Origin: Chthonomonadales bacterium
Lineage (GTDB): Bacteria > Armatimonadota > Chthonomonadetes > Chthonomonadales > Chthonomonadaceae
Assembly: GCA_038217285.1 (NCBI GenBank)
Contig: JBBQPO010000081.1
Span: 1 to 21,082, forward strand
DNA: 21,082 nucleotides
Direction: 5' to 3'
Shown: piece by piece, positions 1 to 9,369 of the stretch
Layout of the letters: every line of letters begins with the position of its first letter
Numbering within the stretch: the stretch's first letter is position 1
Made by a program: the position numbers and the translations under genes
The notes under the pieces: generated by a model
Told to the model about the DNA's origin: nothing
Database searches by the model: none
What the model saw: only the letters and a program-made list of their open reading frames with translations

Positions 1-95
1 TCGACATTACGCAAACAGGGCAAGAATATCCTGACCGCTCTGGAAGGCGTCTTTCGGGGATCGCCCGAGCCTGTCGCTCCAGGCTAGACAGTAAC
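1..95 (+). mobile_element. Right end of an IS66-family element: transposase C-terminus (1-87) plus a probable terminal sequence
   Basis: Frame 1 reads STLRKQGKNILTALEGVFRGSPEPVAPG-stop (TAG 85-87), resembling the S-T-x-R-K-Q-G-x-N-x-L-x-A-L tail of IS66-type transposases. It is followed by ...GCTAGACAGTAAC (to 95), similar to IS66 ...CAGTTAC ends. Truncated by the window edge. Confidence 0.7.
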
Positions 96-173
96 GAGTT
101 GGCTTCTCTCGAAGACGCCTGTCAACGGGAAGAAGAGGACGCGAAAAACGAGCGAGTGAAGGAGAGAACCGAC

Positions 174-1241
174 ATGACGACAAAGAACCTGTTTACGCCG
201 ATCACCCTGGCGGGCCATGAACTGCCGAACCGAATCGTGATGGCGCCCATGACGCGCAACCGTGCCGGTGAGGGCCATGTGCCTACCGACCTGATGGCGA
301 CCTACTATGCCCAGCGGGCCAGCGCAGGTCTGATCATTACGGAGGCCACGCAGGTGTCGCCGCTCAGTATCGCCTATCCGGGTACGCCGGGCATCCATAC
401 GCCGGAGCAGACGGCCGGGTGGCGCAAGGTCACGGATGCCGTTCATGCGGTGGGGGGACGCCTCTGGCTTCAGCTCTGGCACGTGGGGCGGATCGCGCAT
501 CCCACGCTGATGAACGGGCAGCAGCCGGTCGCGCCGTCTGCCATTGCTGCGAAAGGCGAGGCCTTTACGGGGCAGGGCATGGAGCCCTTCGCGACCCCCC
601 GGGCGCTGACTGTCAAAGAGATCAAGGAGGTCGTGGGCCAGTATGCACAGGGAGCCACCTATGCGAAGGAAGCCAATTTCGATGGCGTTGAGATCCACGG
701 CGCGAACGGCTATCTGATCGATCAGTTCCTGCGCGACGGCTCCAACCAGCGCACCGACGATTACGGCGGCTCGGCCGAGAACCGCGCCCGCTTCCTCAAC
801 GAAGTCACCTGCGCGGTCACGTCGGTATGGGGCGGCGGCAAAGTCGGGGTGCGTCTCTCGCCTGTCAATCCCTTCAATGATATGTCCGACTCCGATCCCC
901 TCGCGACCTTTACACAGGTCGCGCAGGGGCTGAACGACTACGGCCTGGCCTATCTCCATGTTGTGGAGACGGTCGGCGATGCAGGAACGCCGGTCACCGC
1001 AGCCATTCGTCAAGTGTTCCAGCGTCCGCTAATCGTCAACGGCGGCTACACGCGGGAGACCGGCGACGCCGCCATCGCATCGGGAGCCGCCGACCTGGTC
1101 GCTTTCGGTGTGCCCTTCCTGGCCAATCCCGATCTGCCGCAGCGTCTCGCGAGCCAGGCGCCTCTCAATGCGCCGGATCATGCGACCTTCTACGGCGGCA
1201 GTGCAAAAGGCTACACTGACTATCCCACGCTGGCTGGCTGA
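174..1241 (+). CDS. nemA: Alkene reductase / NADH:flavin oxidoreductase (old yellow enzyme, NemA-like)
   Basis: Motifs NRIVMAPMTRNRA, QLWHVGR, DGVEIHGANGYLIDQFL, N-x-RTDDYGGS, GVPFLANPDL and TFYGGSAKGYTDYP. ATG 174 chosen because GGAGAG lies just upstream. Confidence 0.93.
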   Translation: MTTKNLFTPITLAGHELPNRIVMAPMTRNRAGEGHVPTDLMATYYAQRASAGLIITEATQVSPLSIAYPGTPGIHTPEQTAGWRKVTDAVHAVGGRLWLQLWHVGRIAHPTLMNGQQPVAPSAIAAKGEAFTGQGMEPFATPRALTVKEIKEVVGQYAQGATYAKEANFDGVEIHGANGYLIDQFLRDGSNQRTDDYGGSAENRARFLNEVTCAVTSVWGGGKVGVRLSPVNPFNDMSDSDPLATFTQVAQGLNDYGLAYLHVVETVGDAGTPVTAAIRQVFQRPLIVNGGYTRETGDAAIASGAADLVAFGVPFLANPDLPQRLASQAPLNAPDHATFYGGSAKGYTDYPTLAG

Positions 1242-1353
1242 ACTCGGATCCGTCGGATTAGTGGTTTAACTATGATGTTGGTCGCACTACATACAAGGTC
1301 CTCCTCAGTCATCGGGTCTGAATGGCGAATAGAGCCGTTCACGGAGAATTAAC

Positions 1354-2355
1354 ATGCAAGTTTATGAGAGCCAGTCGGCGGAGGGGCCTGCGGGATGGAA
1401 GCTGGTCGAGAGGGAGGCGCCGACTCCGGGGCCAGGACAGGCGCTGGTGCGGGTGAAAGCGACCTCGCTCAACTATCGCGATCTGATGCTGGCGCAGAAT
1501 CCGCGGCAGAAGCGACCGATCGTGCCGCTGTCGGATGGAGCTGGGGAGGTCGTGGCAGTCGGTGAAGGCGTCACGCGCGTCGGCATCGGCGATAGAGTCG
1601 CGGCGAACTTCTTTCTGAACTGGCTGGCCGGCGATATGCGCAGCACGGTGCATGAATCGGCGATGGGCGGGGCTGTGGACGGGATGTTGGCGGAGTTTGT
1701 CGCCGTGCCGGCGGAGAGTCTGGTGCGTCTGCCCGACTACCTGACCTATGAGCAGGCGGCCACCTTGCCGTGCGCCGCATTGACGCTCTGGAACGCGCTA
1801 TTCGAGCAGTCGAAACTCGCCCCCGGCGAAACGGTGTTGCTGCTCGGCACCGGCGGCGTCTCGATGTTTGGTCTGCAGTTTGCCAAAATGGTCGGGGCGA
1901 AAGTGATCCTCACCTCGTCCAGCGACGCCAAGCTGGAACGCGCCCGCGCCCTGGGAGCGGACGAAACCGTCAACTACAAATCCGTACCCGACTGGGATAA
2001 GGCGGTCTGGGAGTTGACAGGCCGGTGTGGGGTAGACCATGTCATCGAAGTCGGCGGCGGAGGCACGATGGAAAAGTCGCTGCGTTCGACCCGCTTTGGC
2101 GGTACGGTGAGCGCTATCGGCATACTGACCGGGTTCGAGTCGAAGATCGATCCATTCCTGATCGTCGGGCGCAGCCTGCGCGTCAACGGCATCTACGTTG
2201 GCTCCGTTGCCATGTTCGAGCGTATGCTGGCCGCAATGGCGCAAAACCGCCTCGAGCCGATCATCGACCGCGTCTTTCCCTTCGCGGAAGCGCCGCAGGC
2301 CCTGGAGTACCTGCAGAGCGGTGCTCACTTCGGCAAAATCGTCATTCGACACTAA
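1354..2355 (+). CDS. NAD(P)-dependent medium-chain dehydrogenase/reductase (zinc-type alcohol dehydrogenase-like, quinone oxidoreductase group)
   Basis: Motifs SLNYRD, PLSDGAGEV, AATLPCAALT, GTGGVS and GAHFGKIVI. GGAG Shine-Dalgarno upstream. Confidence 0.92.
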   Translation: MQVYESQSAEGPAGWKLVEREAPTPGPGQALVRVKATSLNYRDLMLAQNPRQKRPIVPLSDGAGEVVAVGEGVTRVGIGDRVAANFFLNWLAGDMRSTVHESAMGGAVDGMLAEFVAVPAESLVRLPDYLTYEQAATLPCAALTLWNALFEQSKLAPGETVLLLGTGGVSMFGLQFAKMVGAKVILTSSSDAKLERARALGADETVNYKSVPDWDKAVWELTGRCGVDHVIEVGGGGTMEKSLRSTRFGGTVSAIGILTGFESKIDPFLIVGRSLRVNGIYVGSVAMFERMLAAMAQNRLEPIIDRVFPFAEAPQALEYLQSGAHFGKIVIRH

Positions 2356-2433
2356 ACCGTCATCAGAAGGCTGGGGCTACGGCAACCTCAGTGCCTCTAG
2401 CGCAGCGGGTGGTGAAAAAATCTGCGTCGGCAT

Positions 2434-2462
2434 TTGCGATTCGGGCCGGAATTTGGTATAAT
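2434..2462 (+). promoter_or_regulatory. Sigma-70-type promoter for ffs (and possibly dnaX)
   Basis: TTGCGA (2434-2439), 17-bp spacer, TG-n-TATAAT (2457-2462), about 12 nt upstream of the SRP RNA stem. Confidence 0.8.
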
Positions 2463-2474
2463 AAGTTCTGTACG

Positions 2475-2600
2475 GAATGCGGCGTTGAGAGCCGGGTCAG
2501 GCGCAGTGGTCGGCTGACGAACCGTGTCAGATCCGGAAGGAAGCATCACTAAGTTTGACCTCCACGTGTGTTCTTCAACCCGGCTCTGAGCGTCGCATTC
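2475..2600 (+). ncRNA. ffs: Signal recognition particle RNA (small bacterial 4.5S type)
   Basis: Helix-8-type motif GTCAGATCCGGAAGGAAGCA (2526-2545). Long closing stem GAATGCGGCGTTGAGAGCCGGGT (2475-2497) pairs with ACCCGGCTCTGAGCGTCGCATTC (2578-2600). Located directly upstream of dnaX, a common arrangement. Confidence 0.92.
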
Positions 2601-2614
2601 AGCAACTCCGGAAA

Positions 2615-2667
2615 GAGGGATGAGATCGAGGGCCTGGGCCTTCCCTCATCCCTCCTTCTACTTCTTT
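2615..2667 (+). terminator. Hairpin followed by a pyrimidine/T-rich tract; possible ffs terminator or attenuator before dnaX
   Basis: GAGGGATGAG (2615-2624) pairs with CTCATCCCTC (2645-2654), with an inner GAGGGC/GCCTTC stem, followed by CTTCTACTTCTTT. Confidence 0.45.
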
Positions 2668-2691
2668 AGACGTTTTTCCCTCACCTTTACT

Positions 2692-4683
2692 ATGGCCTAC
2701 GTCGCCCTCTATCGTAAATATCGCTCGCAGTCTTTCGGAGAACTGATGGGGCAGGAGGCGGTCACGACCACCCTCCAGAACGCCATCCGCTCCGGACGCA
2801 CCTCCCAGGCCTACCTGTTTTACGGAGCCCGGGGCTGTGGCAAGACCTCGACAGCACGGCTGCTCGCCCGCGCGATGAACTGCGTGGATCAGGACGGCCC
2901 CAGTCCGGAGCCGTGCGGCGTCTGTCGGCTCTGCGTCAGTATTCGGGACGGCCACTGCATGGATGTGGTCGAGATGGACGCCGCCTCCGAGACCGGCATC
3001 GACGATGTGCGCGAAAAGATCATCGAAAACGTCCAGTATGCCCCCGGCGAAGCGCGGTACAAAGTCTATATCATCGATGAGGTGCATGACCTTTCGGCGA
3101 AGGCGTTCGACGCCCTGCTGAAGACGCTGGAAGAGCCGCCCGCCCTTGTGATCTTCATTCTGGCGACGACCGAATACCACAAAGTTCCCATCACGATCCG
3201 CTCCCGCTGCCAGCAGTTCCAGTTCAAGCGCGGCACACTCAACGATCTCGCGGCTTCCGTGCAGAAAGTCGTTTCGGCAGAGAGCTATACAGCGGAGCCG
3301 GAGGCGGTGCAGGCGATCGCCCGCGCCGCCGAAGGGTCATGGCGGGATGCGCTTTCGCTGCTGGAGCAGGTGCTCGCCTACTCCGACAACCATGTCACGG
3401 CGGCGACCGTACAGAAGGCGCTGGGCACCGTCGGGCAGGAGACGCTGGCGCGGGTCACGGAGATATTGGCGCGGGGCTGCTGGGACGAGACGCTGACCGT
3501 CGCCGGGGAGCTCATCGACAGCGGCAAAGACGCCCGTCAACTGCTGACCGCCCTTCAGGGCCATCTGCGCGACCTGATGCTGATCTCCGCCGGGGCCAAA
3601 CAGGCGGCGGCCCAGGAACTGGGCGCGGAGCGGCTGGCGCTCCTCTCCCCGCAGGCGGCGCTGTTTGATCCCCCCGCGCTTCTGGCCATGATGAGCATTC
3701 TTGCCGCCGCCGAGCGCGAGATCCGCTTTACCAATCAGCATCGCTGGTTGCTGGAGAGCACGCTGCTGCGCCTGCTGACCGCCCCGCAGAGCCTCGGTCT
3801 GCCTGCCGCCCTGGAAAATCAGGCGGTCGCCCGCGTCGTGCGCCCGACGCCGCAGCGCCCTTCCGAAGCGCCGCTGGCCGCGACGCCCGCGCTGGTGCCA
3901 AGACCGGCCCCACCCTCCGCGACGCATCTCTACATCGACCGGGCCGTCGTCGAGCCGGAAGCGGTGGAGGAGCCACTGGTGCAGGCGGCAGATCCTCGCC
4001 CGTACCAGGAGAAGTCCTCCCTGCCGACGTCCCTCCCTGCAGGGCAGCCCTCTGTCCCGACGCCGACGCCTTCGCCCGTTGCGGCGGTGACACAAGAAGT
4101 GGCCGCCCCGCCGGAGAACCGTTTTGCGGAGGAGATGACCCTGGAAGTGCTGCAGCGGGCCTGGCCGCGTATTCTCAAAGTGTTCGAGAAGTCTTTACCG
4201 TCGGGGCATCCCTTCCTCAAAGACGCTGAAGTCACCGATCTGGAGGGTCGCTTTATCGTGCTGGCCTTCCGGGATTCGTTCGCGCGAGATCGTATCCAGA
4301 ACAATGAGAAGGGCCGCCAGCGGGTCGAACAGATCATCAACAAGGCTCTGAACACGGAGGGGCATCGGCTGCGCTGCATCCTGATAGGCCAGCCCCGCCC
4401 CGCTGCCAGCCCCGTGCCTAAGATGGAGACCTTGCTCGACGCCCCGATCTCCACGCCCAGTGCTCCCACGCGCATCGCCGATTTCCAGATGCCGGTCACG
4501 TCCCCTGTACCACTGGGAAACCCCGCTCCGCGCAACACCGCCTCCGAGGAAACCGCACCCGCCGTCCCTGTGCCGCCTCCCGTAAAGGCGCCCGCTGCTC
4601 CGCCGCCCGTCGCTGAAATAGGGCTCCTGGAAGACGCTCTCAATATTTTTCAGGGCGAAATCGTCAGCACGGAACCGCTCTGA
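2692..4683 (+). CDS. dnaX: DNA polymerase III subunit gamma/tau
   Basis: N-terminus MAYVALYRKYR, Walker A GARGCGKTS, zinc-binding cysteines (PCGVCRLC), IIDEVH, ALLKTLEEPP, TIRSRCQ. Long Pro/Ala-rich linkers. Start moved to ATG 2692. Confidence 0.96.
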   Translation: MAYVALYRKYRSQSFGELMGQEAVTTTLQNAIRSGRTSQAYLFYGARGCGKTSTARLLARAMNCVDQDGPSPEPCGVCRLCVSIRDGHCMDVVEMDAASETGIDDVREKIIENVQYAPGEARYKVYIIDEVHDLSAKAFDALLKTLEEPPALVIFILATTEYHKVPITIRSRCQQFQFKRGTLNDLAASVQKVVSAESYTAEPEAVQAIARAAEGSWRDALSLLEQVLAYSDNHVTAATVQKALGTVGQETLARVTEILARGCWDETLTVAGELIDSGKDARQLLTALQGHLRDLMLISAGAKQAAAQELGAERLALLSPQAALFDPPALLAMMSILAAAEREIRFTNQHRWLLESTLLRLLTAPQSLGLPAALENQAVARVVRPTPQRPSEAPLAATPALVPRPAPPSATHLYIDRAVVEPEAVEEPLVQAADPRPYQEKSSLPTSLPAGQPSVPTPTPSPVAAVTQEVAAPPENRFAEEMTLEVLQRAWPRILKVFEKSLPSGHPFLKDAEVTDLEGRFIVLAFRDSFARDRIQNNEKGRQRVEQIINKALNTEGHRLRCILIGQPRPAASPVPKMETLLDAPISTPSAPTRIADFQMPVTSPVPLGNPAPRNTASEETAPAVPVPPPVKAPAAPPPVAEIGLLEDALNIFQGEIVSTEPL

Positions 4684-4730
4684 GCGCAGCAGCGTCTACA
4701 CCCTATAACAACCAAAGGAGAATCGACATA

Positions 4731-5087
4731 ATGAGAAGACTACCCGGTATGCCCGGAGGCATGGGCGACCTTTCCAAACTGATGGAATCGGCGAAGAAGA
4801 AGCAGGACGACGCCGCGAAACTGCAGAACGACCTGCCCAATATGCGGATCGAGGCGAATGCGGCCGGGGGCATGGTGACCGTGACGGTCAACGGCCTGGG
4901 CCACCTCGTCGGCATCAAGATCAACCCTTCCGTCGCGGATCCAGCCGAAGTCGATCTTCTGGAAGACCTGATTATCACTGCCGCCAAGGACGCCTCCAGC
5001 CGCGCAAGCGCCGAGCAGGAGTCCCGCATGAAAGACATCACTGGCCCGCTGGAAGGCCTGAACCTGCCGCCCGGCCTGCTCGGCTAG
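4731..5087 (+). CDS. ybaB: YbaB/EbfC family nucleoid-associated protein
   Basis: AGGMVTVTVNG...LVGIKINP...LLEDLII motif. Sits between dnaX and recR. AAGGAG Shine-Dalgarno upstream. Confidence 0.93.
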   Translation: MRRLPGMPGGMGDLSKLMESAKKKQDDAAKLQNDLPNMRIEANAAGGMVTVTVNGLGHLVGIKINPSVADPAEVDLLEDLIITAAKDASSRASAEQESRMKDITGPLEGLNLPPGLLG

Positions 5088-5120
5088 TCGCGAACGAACC
5101 CATCGAGGAAGTCACACCTT

Positions 5121-5717
5121 ATGCTTCACTATGCGAAACCGCTGGCGCGACTGGTGGCGGAGTTGGAACGTCTGCCGGGTATCGGCCCCAAATCGGCGCA
5201 GCGAATGGCGTTCCATATCCTGCGCCAGACCAAAGAGGAGGCGCGACAACTGGCCGAAGCGATCGAGGCCGTCAAGGAGAACATCCGCCTCTGCAAAGTC
5301 TGCTCCAACTTTACGGATCAGGATCTTTGCGAAGTGTGCCGCGACCCCAAACGCGATCCCACGCAGCTCTGTATCGTCGCCGAAACCCGTGACCTGATCG
5401 CCATCGAGAAGACCAACGACTACAAGGGGCTGTACCATGTCCTACAGGGCCTTATCTCGCCGATGGACAACATCACGCCCGATATGCTGAAGATTCGCGA
5501 GCTGTTCCCCCGTGTCGCGGACGGGGTACAGGAGGTGATTCTGGCCCTCAATCCGACCACGGAGGGCCAGACGACCACCCTTTTCCTCGCCAACCGCCTG
5601 AAACCACTGGGTGTCAAAGTGACCCAGATCGCGCACGGCCTCCCTGCAGGCGGCGACCTGGACTATGCGGACCAGGCGACCCTCATCTCCGCCATGCAGT
5701 GGCGTCGCGAAATGTAG
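5121..5717 (+). CDS. recR: Recombination mediator RecR
   Basis: LPGIGPKSAQR HhH motif, C4 zinc finger CKVCSN...CEVC, YHVLQG, toprim-type EVILALNPTTEG, GLPAGGDLDYAD. Confidence 0.97.
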   Translation: MLHYAKPLARLVAELERLPGIGPKSAQRMAFHILRQTKEEARQLAEAIEAVKENIRLCKVCSNFTDQDLCEVCRDPKRDPTQLCIVAETRDLIAIEKTNDYKGLYHVLQGLISPMDNITPDMLKIRELFPRVADGVQEVILALNPTTEGQTTTLFLANRLKPLGVKVTQIAHGLPAGGDLDYADQATLISAMQWRREM

Positions 5718-5742
5718 TCAGCCTCGTGCGTTAGCCAGCAAC

Positions 5743-7470
5743 TCAGGTGTGGCACACGAGCAGGCGGGCGGAGTGCGGTGGCATTGGGCCGGTCTCGAAA
5801 ACTCCGTGGTGTGTTCCCAGGTCTTCGTCGGTCCAGTAGTCCTGGAGACGGCAGGGGCGTGGCAGGCGCGTGGAGAGAGATTGCGGCGTCTCTTCCCAGT
5901 TGAATAGGCAGAGCATTTCGCGATCCTTCAGGGTGACCCTACCGACACGCAGAGTTTCGTCCTCGAAGCGTGCGGCGACTCCGGTCGGGGGCAGCAGTTT
6001 CTTCAGAATGGCCAGGCGTTCCGGAGGAAGATGGGTCAGATCGTCGCCGGAGAGCAGCATCCCGCCGGTGGCGTAGAGCACGGTGGCATGAAAGCGGAAC
6101 TCGTCCTCGGTCAGCGCCCCCGTCAGCAGGAGGCAGTCCGGATCGTTCCACCAGAGTTGCCCATTCTGCCAGTTGCGGGAGAGGTTTTCACGGGCGGTTT
6201 GCGACACGACGATCCAGTCACGATCGATGTCGTTGGAGCTGCGCGAGCCGTGGATCAGCCCGAACGAAGGCCAGATCGGATGATTACAGCCGAGAAGGAA
6301 GCTGTCGCCCGCGCTGCGCAAGATGGCGGCCATCCCGCGCCGATAGGCCTCGATACGGGTTGCATGGGGATCATAGAAGTGCCCGCCGTGCATCGCGCCC
6401 CAGAAGTTGGCGTCCAGCTTGAAGTAGGTACAGCCCCACTCCTGTCGCATCGTAAGAAAGACGCTCTCCAGATGCTGCTGGACTTCGGGATGGGTGCCAT
6501 CGAGCGCGTACCAGGGGCCATGCCGCCAGCCTCCGAAGGTCACTTTGTTCGAAGGCAGGGGATTGCCTTCCGCGTCTTTGATAAACCAGTCGGGATGGTT
6601 CTGAAACACCTGCGAGGCGGCCTCCGCTATGAACGGCGCGACCCAGATGGCAGGCTCGAAACCGCGCTCCCGGATCTTTTTCAGTACGCCCTGCACCCCG
6701 CCTCCAAACGCTTTACCGGTCTCCAGCCAGTCGCCCATCGCGCTCTGGTAGCCGTCGTCGATCTGCACATAGCGCAGTTCGGGCACCGACGTTGCGATGG
6801 TGTCCAGATTGTCCAGCACCTGCTTCTCCGTGACATCCGGCCCGAAGCAGTACCAGGAGCACCAGCCAGTCGGCGGTGCTTTGAAATGGAGCGGCGGATG
6901 GTTGCGGCGAATGTCGGCAGCAAGCGACGCCAGCAGTTGGGCCCGATCATCGCCAGTGAGCACCGCGACCTCTTCCAGATCCCATGTCGCTCCTGGCGCG
7001 AGCGCAAGCCCTTCGGTATCGACAATCGCGTCGAGGCGGTCGGGATAGAGGCAGAACTTGCCGCTGAAGCGTTGGCAGGAGGAGAAGGCATAGAGATGTG
7101 TCGCTTGTTTAGGTGGCGTCAGGGTCAGCAGCCCATAGAAGGTCGTCGCGCCATGTGTCTGCGGCAGTTTATAGTGCTTTTCATCCGTTAATGTGGTAAG
7201 AGCCACAGGGCTGCCGAGAGTGCCTCCGGTCTGATTGAGCATCTGAAAGCCTTCGCCATAGAGACATGTCTCCGCAGGCCACGCATGCGGCAGCGAGAAC
7301 AGCCGTACTTCCTTTATCCTCACCGTCGCGGTCCCCGCGTTATGGAGCCGATAGCATGACGTCCTGCCCCAGTTCGTTGAGGTCAGAGTCACCGTCGTTG
7401 GGGTGATCGTACCGTCCAAAAGGACGATGTCTGCGGTGTTATAAAAGGTTCGATGATGTGAAAAGGGCAT
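5743..7470 (-). CDS. Alpha-galactosidase-like glycoside hydrolase (GH36)
   Basis: Motifs PTGWCSWY, QIDDGYQ, PAIWVAPF, YFKLDAN and WNDPDC. AGGAG Shine-Dalgarno upstream on the minus strand. Confidence 0.87.
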   Translation of the reverse strand: MPFSHHRTFYNTADIVLLDGTITPTTVTLTSTNWGRTSCYRLHNAGTATVRIKEVRLFSLPHAWPAETCLYGEGFQMLNQTGGTLGSPVALTTLTDEKHYKLPQTHGATTFYGLLTLTPPKQATHLYAFSSCQRFSGKFCLYPDRLDAIVDTEGLALAPGATWDLEEVAVLTGDDRAQLLASLAADIRRNHPPLHFKAPPTGWCSWYCFGPDVTEKQVLDNLDTIATSVPELRYVQIDDGYQSAMGDWLETGKAFGGGVQGVLKKIRERGFEPAIWVAPFIAEAASQVFQNHPDWFIKDAEGNPLPSNKVTFGGWRHGPWYALDGTHPEVQQHLESVFLTMRQEWGCTYFKLDANFWGAMHGGHFYDPHATRIEAYRRGMAAILRSAGDSFLLGCNHPIWPSFGLIHGSRSSNDIDRDWIVVSQTARENLSRNWQNGQLWWNDPDCLLLTGALTEDEFRFHATVLYATGGMLLSGDDLTHLPPERLAILKKLLPPTGVAARFEDETLRVGRVTLKDREMLCLFNWEETPQSLSTRLPRPCRLQDYWTDEDLGTHHGVFETGPMPPHSARLLVCHT

Positions 7471-7713
7471 GGGATTCTCCTGCTGTCAAGGGGTTATCAC
7501 CCCTCGCTACGCGGCTTCGCCGGATCATCCTTCGGACGAAGCGACTGGCGGCTATCCATCTCATCATACAGACAATATACCCGGAATTCATCTGCCGTCC
7601 TGTTCGTACCACAAGTGGAGACCTTTCGGGGCGGAGAGATCGGTTTCAAGGTATAATGGTTTTCAAGGATTGCCGACAAAGCCCGGTGGCGGGATGAGGA
7701 GAGAGCCGGAATT

Positions 7714-8610
7714 ATGAGTACTTATGAGACGCAGAAGTCCACGTGGAGGACGAAGGTAGGGTTGGCGGAGAATCTCAAGGGCGGCGTGATCATGGACGTC
7801 GCCAATGTCGAACAGGCTGTGATCGCGGAGGAAGCGGGAGCGACAGCAGTCATGGCTCTTGAGCGTGTGCCCTCCGATATCCGTCGGGATGGCGGCGTAT
7901 CGCGCATGTCCGACCCGAAGATGATTAAGGACATCATGGCGGCGGTGACGATCCCAGTTATGGCGAAGTGCCGTATTGGGCATATTGTGGAGGCGCAGAT
8001 TCTCGAAGCGCTTGGCGTCGATTACGTCGATGAGAGCGAAGTGCTGACCCCGGCAGACGAAGAAAACCATGTCAATAAGCTTGCCTTCAAAGTTCCGTTC
8101 GTCTGCGGTTGCCGTAATCTGGGCGAGGCGCTGCGCCGTATCGGTGAGGGCGCGGCGATGATCCGCACCAAGGGCGAGGCGGGAACCGGGAACGTCGTTG
8201 AGGCGGTGCGCCATATGCGCACGCTGATGCGGGAGATCCGGCGCATTCAGACCCTGCGGGTCGATGAGCTGATGGTGGCGGCGAAAGAGATGCAGGCGCC
8301 GTACGAACTGGTGCTCGAAGTGCATACCCTCGGACGCCTGCCGGTGCCGAACTTCTCCGCAGGCGGCGTCGCGACGCCCGCCGACGCCGCGCTGATGATG
8401 CAGTTAGGCGCGGAGGCGGTCTTTGTCGGATCCGGGATCTTCAAGTCCTCCGATCCAAAGTGCCGCGCCCGCGCCGTCGTGGACGCAGTCGCTCACTATA
8501 ACGACCCGGCCTATCTGGCCGAGATCTCGACCGGCCTCGGTGAAGCGATGCCCGGCCTCGACATCCGAATCCTGCCCGAAAACGAGCTGATGGCGACCCG
8601 AGGCTGGTAG
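7714..8610 (+). CDS. pdxS: Pyridoxal 5'-phosphate synthase lyase subunit PdxS
   Basis: Motifs [57 protein letters not shown] and the C-terminal RGW. A TATAAT box lies at 7652-7657. Confidence 0.97.
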   Translation: MSTYETQKSTWRTKVGLAENLKGGVIMDVANVEQAVIAEEAGATAVMALERVPSDIRRDGGVSRMSDPKMIKDIMAAVTIPVMAKCRIGHIVEAQILEALGVDYVDESEVLTPADEENHVNKLAFKVPFVCGCRNLGEALRRIGEGAAMIRTKGEAGTGNVVEAVRHMRTLMREIRRIQTLRVDELMVAAKEMQAPYELVLEVHTLGRLPVPNFSAGGVATPADAALMMQLGAEAVFVGSGIFKSSDPKCRARAVVDAVAHYNDPAYLAEISTGLGEAMPGLDIRILPENELMATRGW

Positions 8611-8622
8611 CCGCCCGTCTCG

Positions 8623-9144
8623 TTACGTGAAGGCGAGCACGGCGTCGTAGAGGGAGAGTTGCGAGTAGTCGCTCTCTTTCTCTGCGGTGCCGCGCTCTCT
8701 CTGCTTTGGCGCTTCGTAATTGCAGGCGACCGCAGAGGCCGTATCGAGATGCGAGATAAGCCACTCGGCGAAAACCTTCGCCTCCGCCATCTTACCGATC
8801 CCCTCGGCGCGGTTTTTGCCGATCAGCGCCATGAGCTGCGCCTGATGCTGACCGCGGCGGTCGTGCTCGGCCTCGAACTGATGAAACAGGGCGTCGATGC
8901 GGCTGACCGAGTCCTGCGCGGCCTGCACATCTTTGAAACGCAGCACCCCGTTGAACATGCGCGCATAGGCGTTCTGCGCGATACTGCTGGTATAGAGATC
9001 GCTGTAGTCGCTCGGCTTCCCGGAAGCGATGAGGAGGTTGGCGACGTAGCTGGGCGTACATTTGAGCGTCTGCGCGATCTCTTCGACCGTGCGTCCCGAC
9101 GCCTGCATGGAGAGGGCCAAATCTTTCTTTGTTAGGCGTTTCAT
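8623..9144 (-). CDS. Hypothetical protein with an N-terminal helix-turn-helix-like segment
   Basis: 173-aa ORF containing SGRTVEEIAQTLKCTPSYVANLL, which fits an HTH pattern. It has an AAAGGGG ribosome-binding site and a near-consensus promoter upstream. Confidence 0.75.
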   Translation of the reverse strand: MKRLTKKDLALSMQASGRTVEEIAQTLKCTPSYVANLLIASGKPSDYSDLYTSSIAQNAYARMFNGVLRFKDVQAAQDSVSRIDALFHQFEAEHDRRGQHQAQLMALIGKNRAEGIGKMAEAKVFAEWLISHLDTASAVACNYEAPKQRERGTAEKESDYSQLSLYDAVLAFT

Positions 9145-9197
9145 AACAGCCTGAACCCCTTTCGTTTCACACTTTCCCGTTGCGTAGACACACCTCT

Positions 9198-9226
9198 ATT
9201 TTACCACGTGGAAATGCCCTTGTCAA
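9198..9226 (-). promoter_or_regulatory. Near-consensus sigma-70 promoter for the HTH gene
   Basis: Minus strand reads TTGACA (9226-9221), 17-bp spacer, TG-n-TAAAAT (9203-9198). Confidence 0.8.
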
Positions 9227-9369
9227 ATACTTATGTCTACCTATTCTACTATTTCGTCTACTTGTTTTGCCTGCCATACCTGTGTCGCCGTCCCGCCTGC
9301 AAAAGAGGCAGATTCGGCAAACCGGAGGTTGTGGGGTATATTGGGCTATCTTAATTTTTGGGAGACTCC

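Noticed and set aside
2359-2400. ATCAGAAG ... CGGCAACC ... GTGCC resembling a SAM-I/IV core
   Set aside because: The P3 stem cannot form properly, and the site lies after a stop codon and before the ffs promoter with no methionine-related gene. More likely a simple hairpin.
3700-4683. Programmed frameshift or slippage site producing a gamma subunit in dnaX
   Set aside because: No A-AAA-AAG heptamer or long A run is visible in the linker region.
7488-7545. Hairpins AGGGGT/ACCCCT and GCTTCG/CGAAGC upstream of the GH36 gene
   Set aside because: They are short isolated stems with no second copy in the window and no recognisable family motif.
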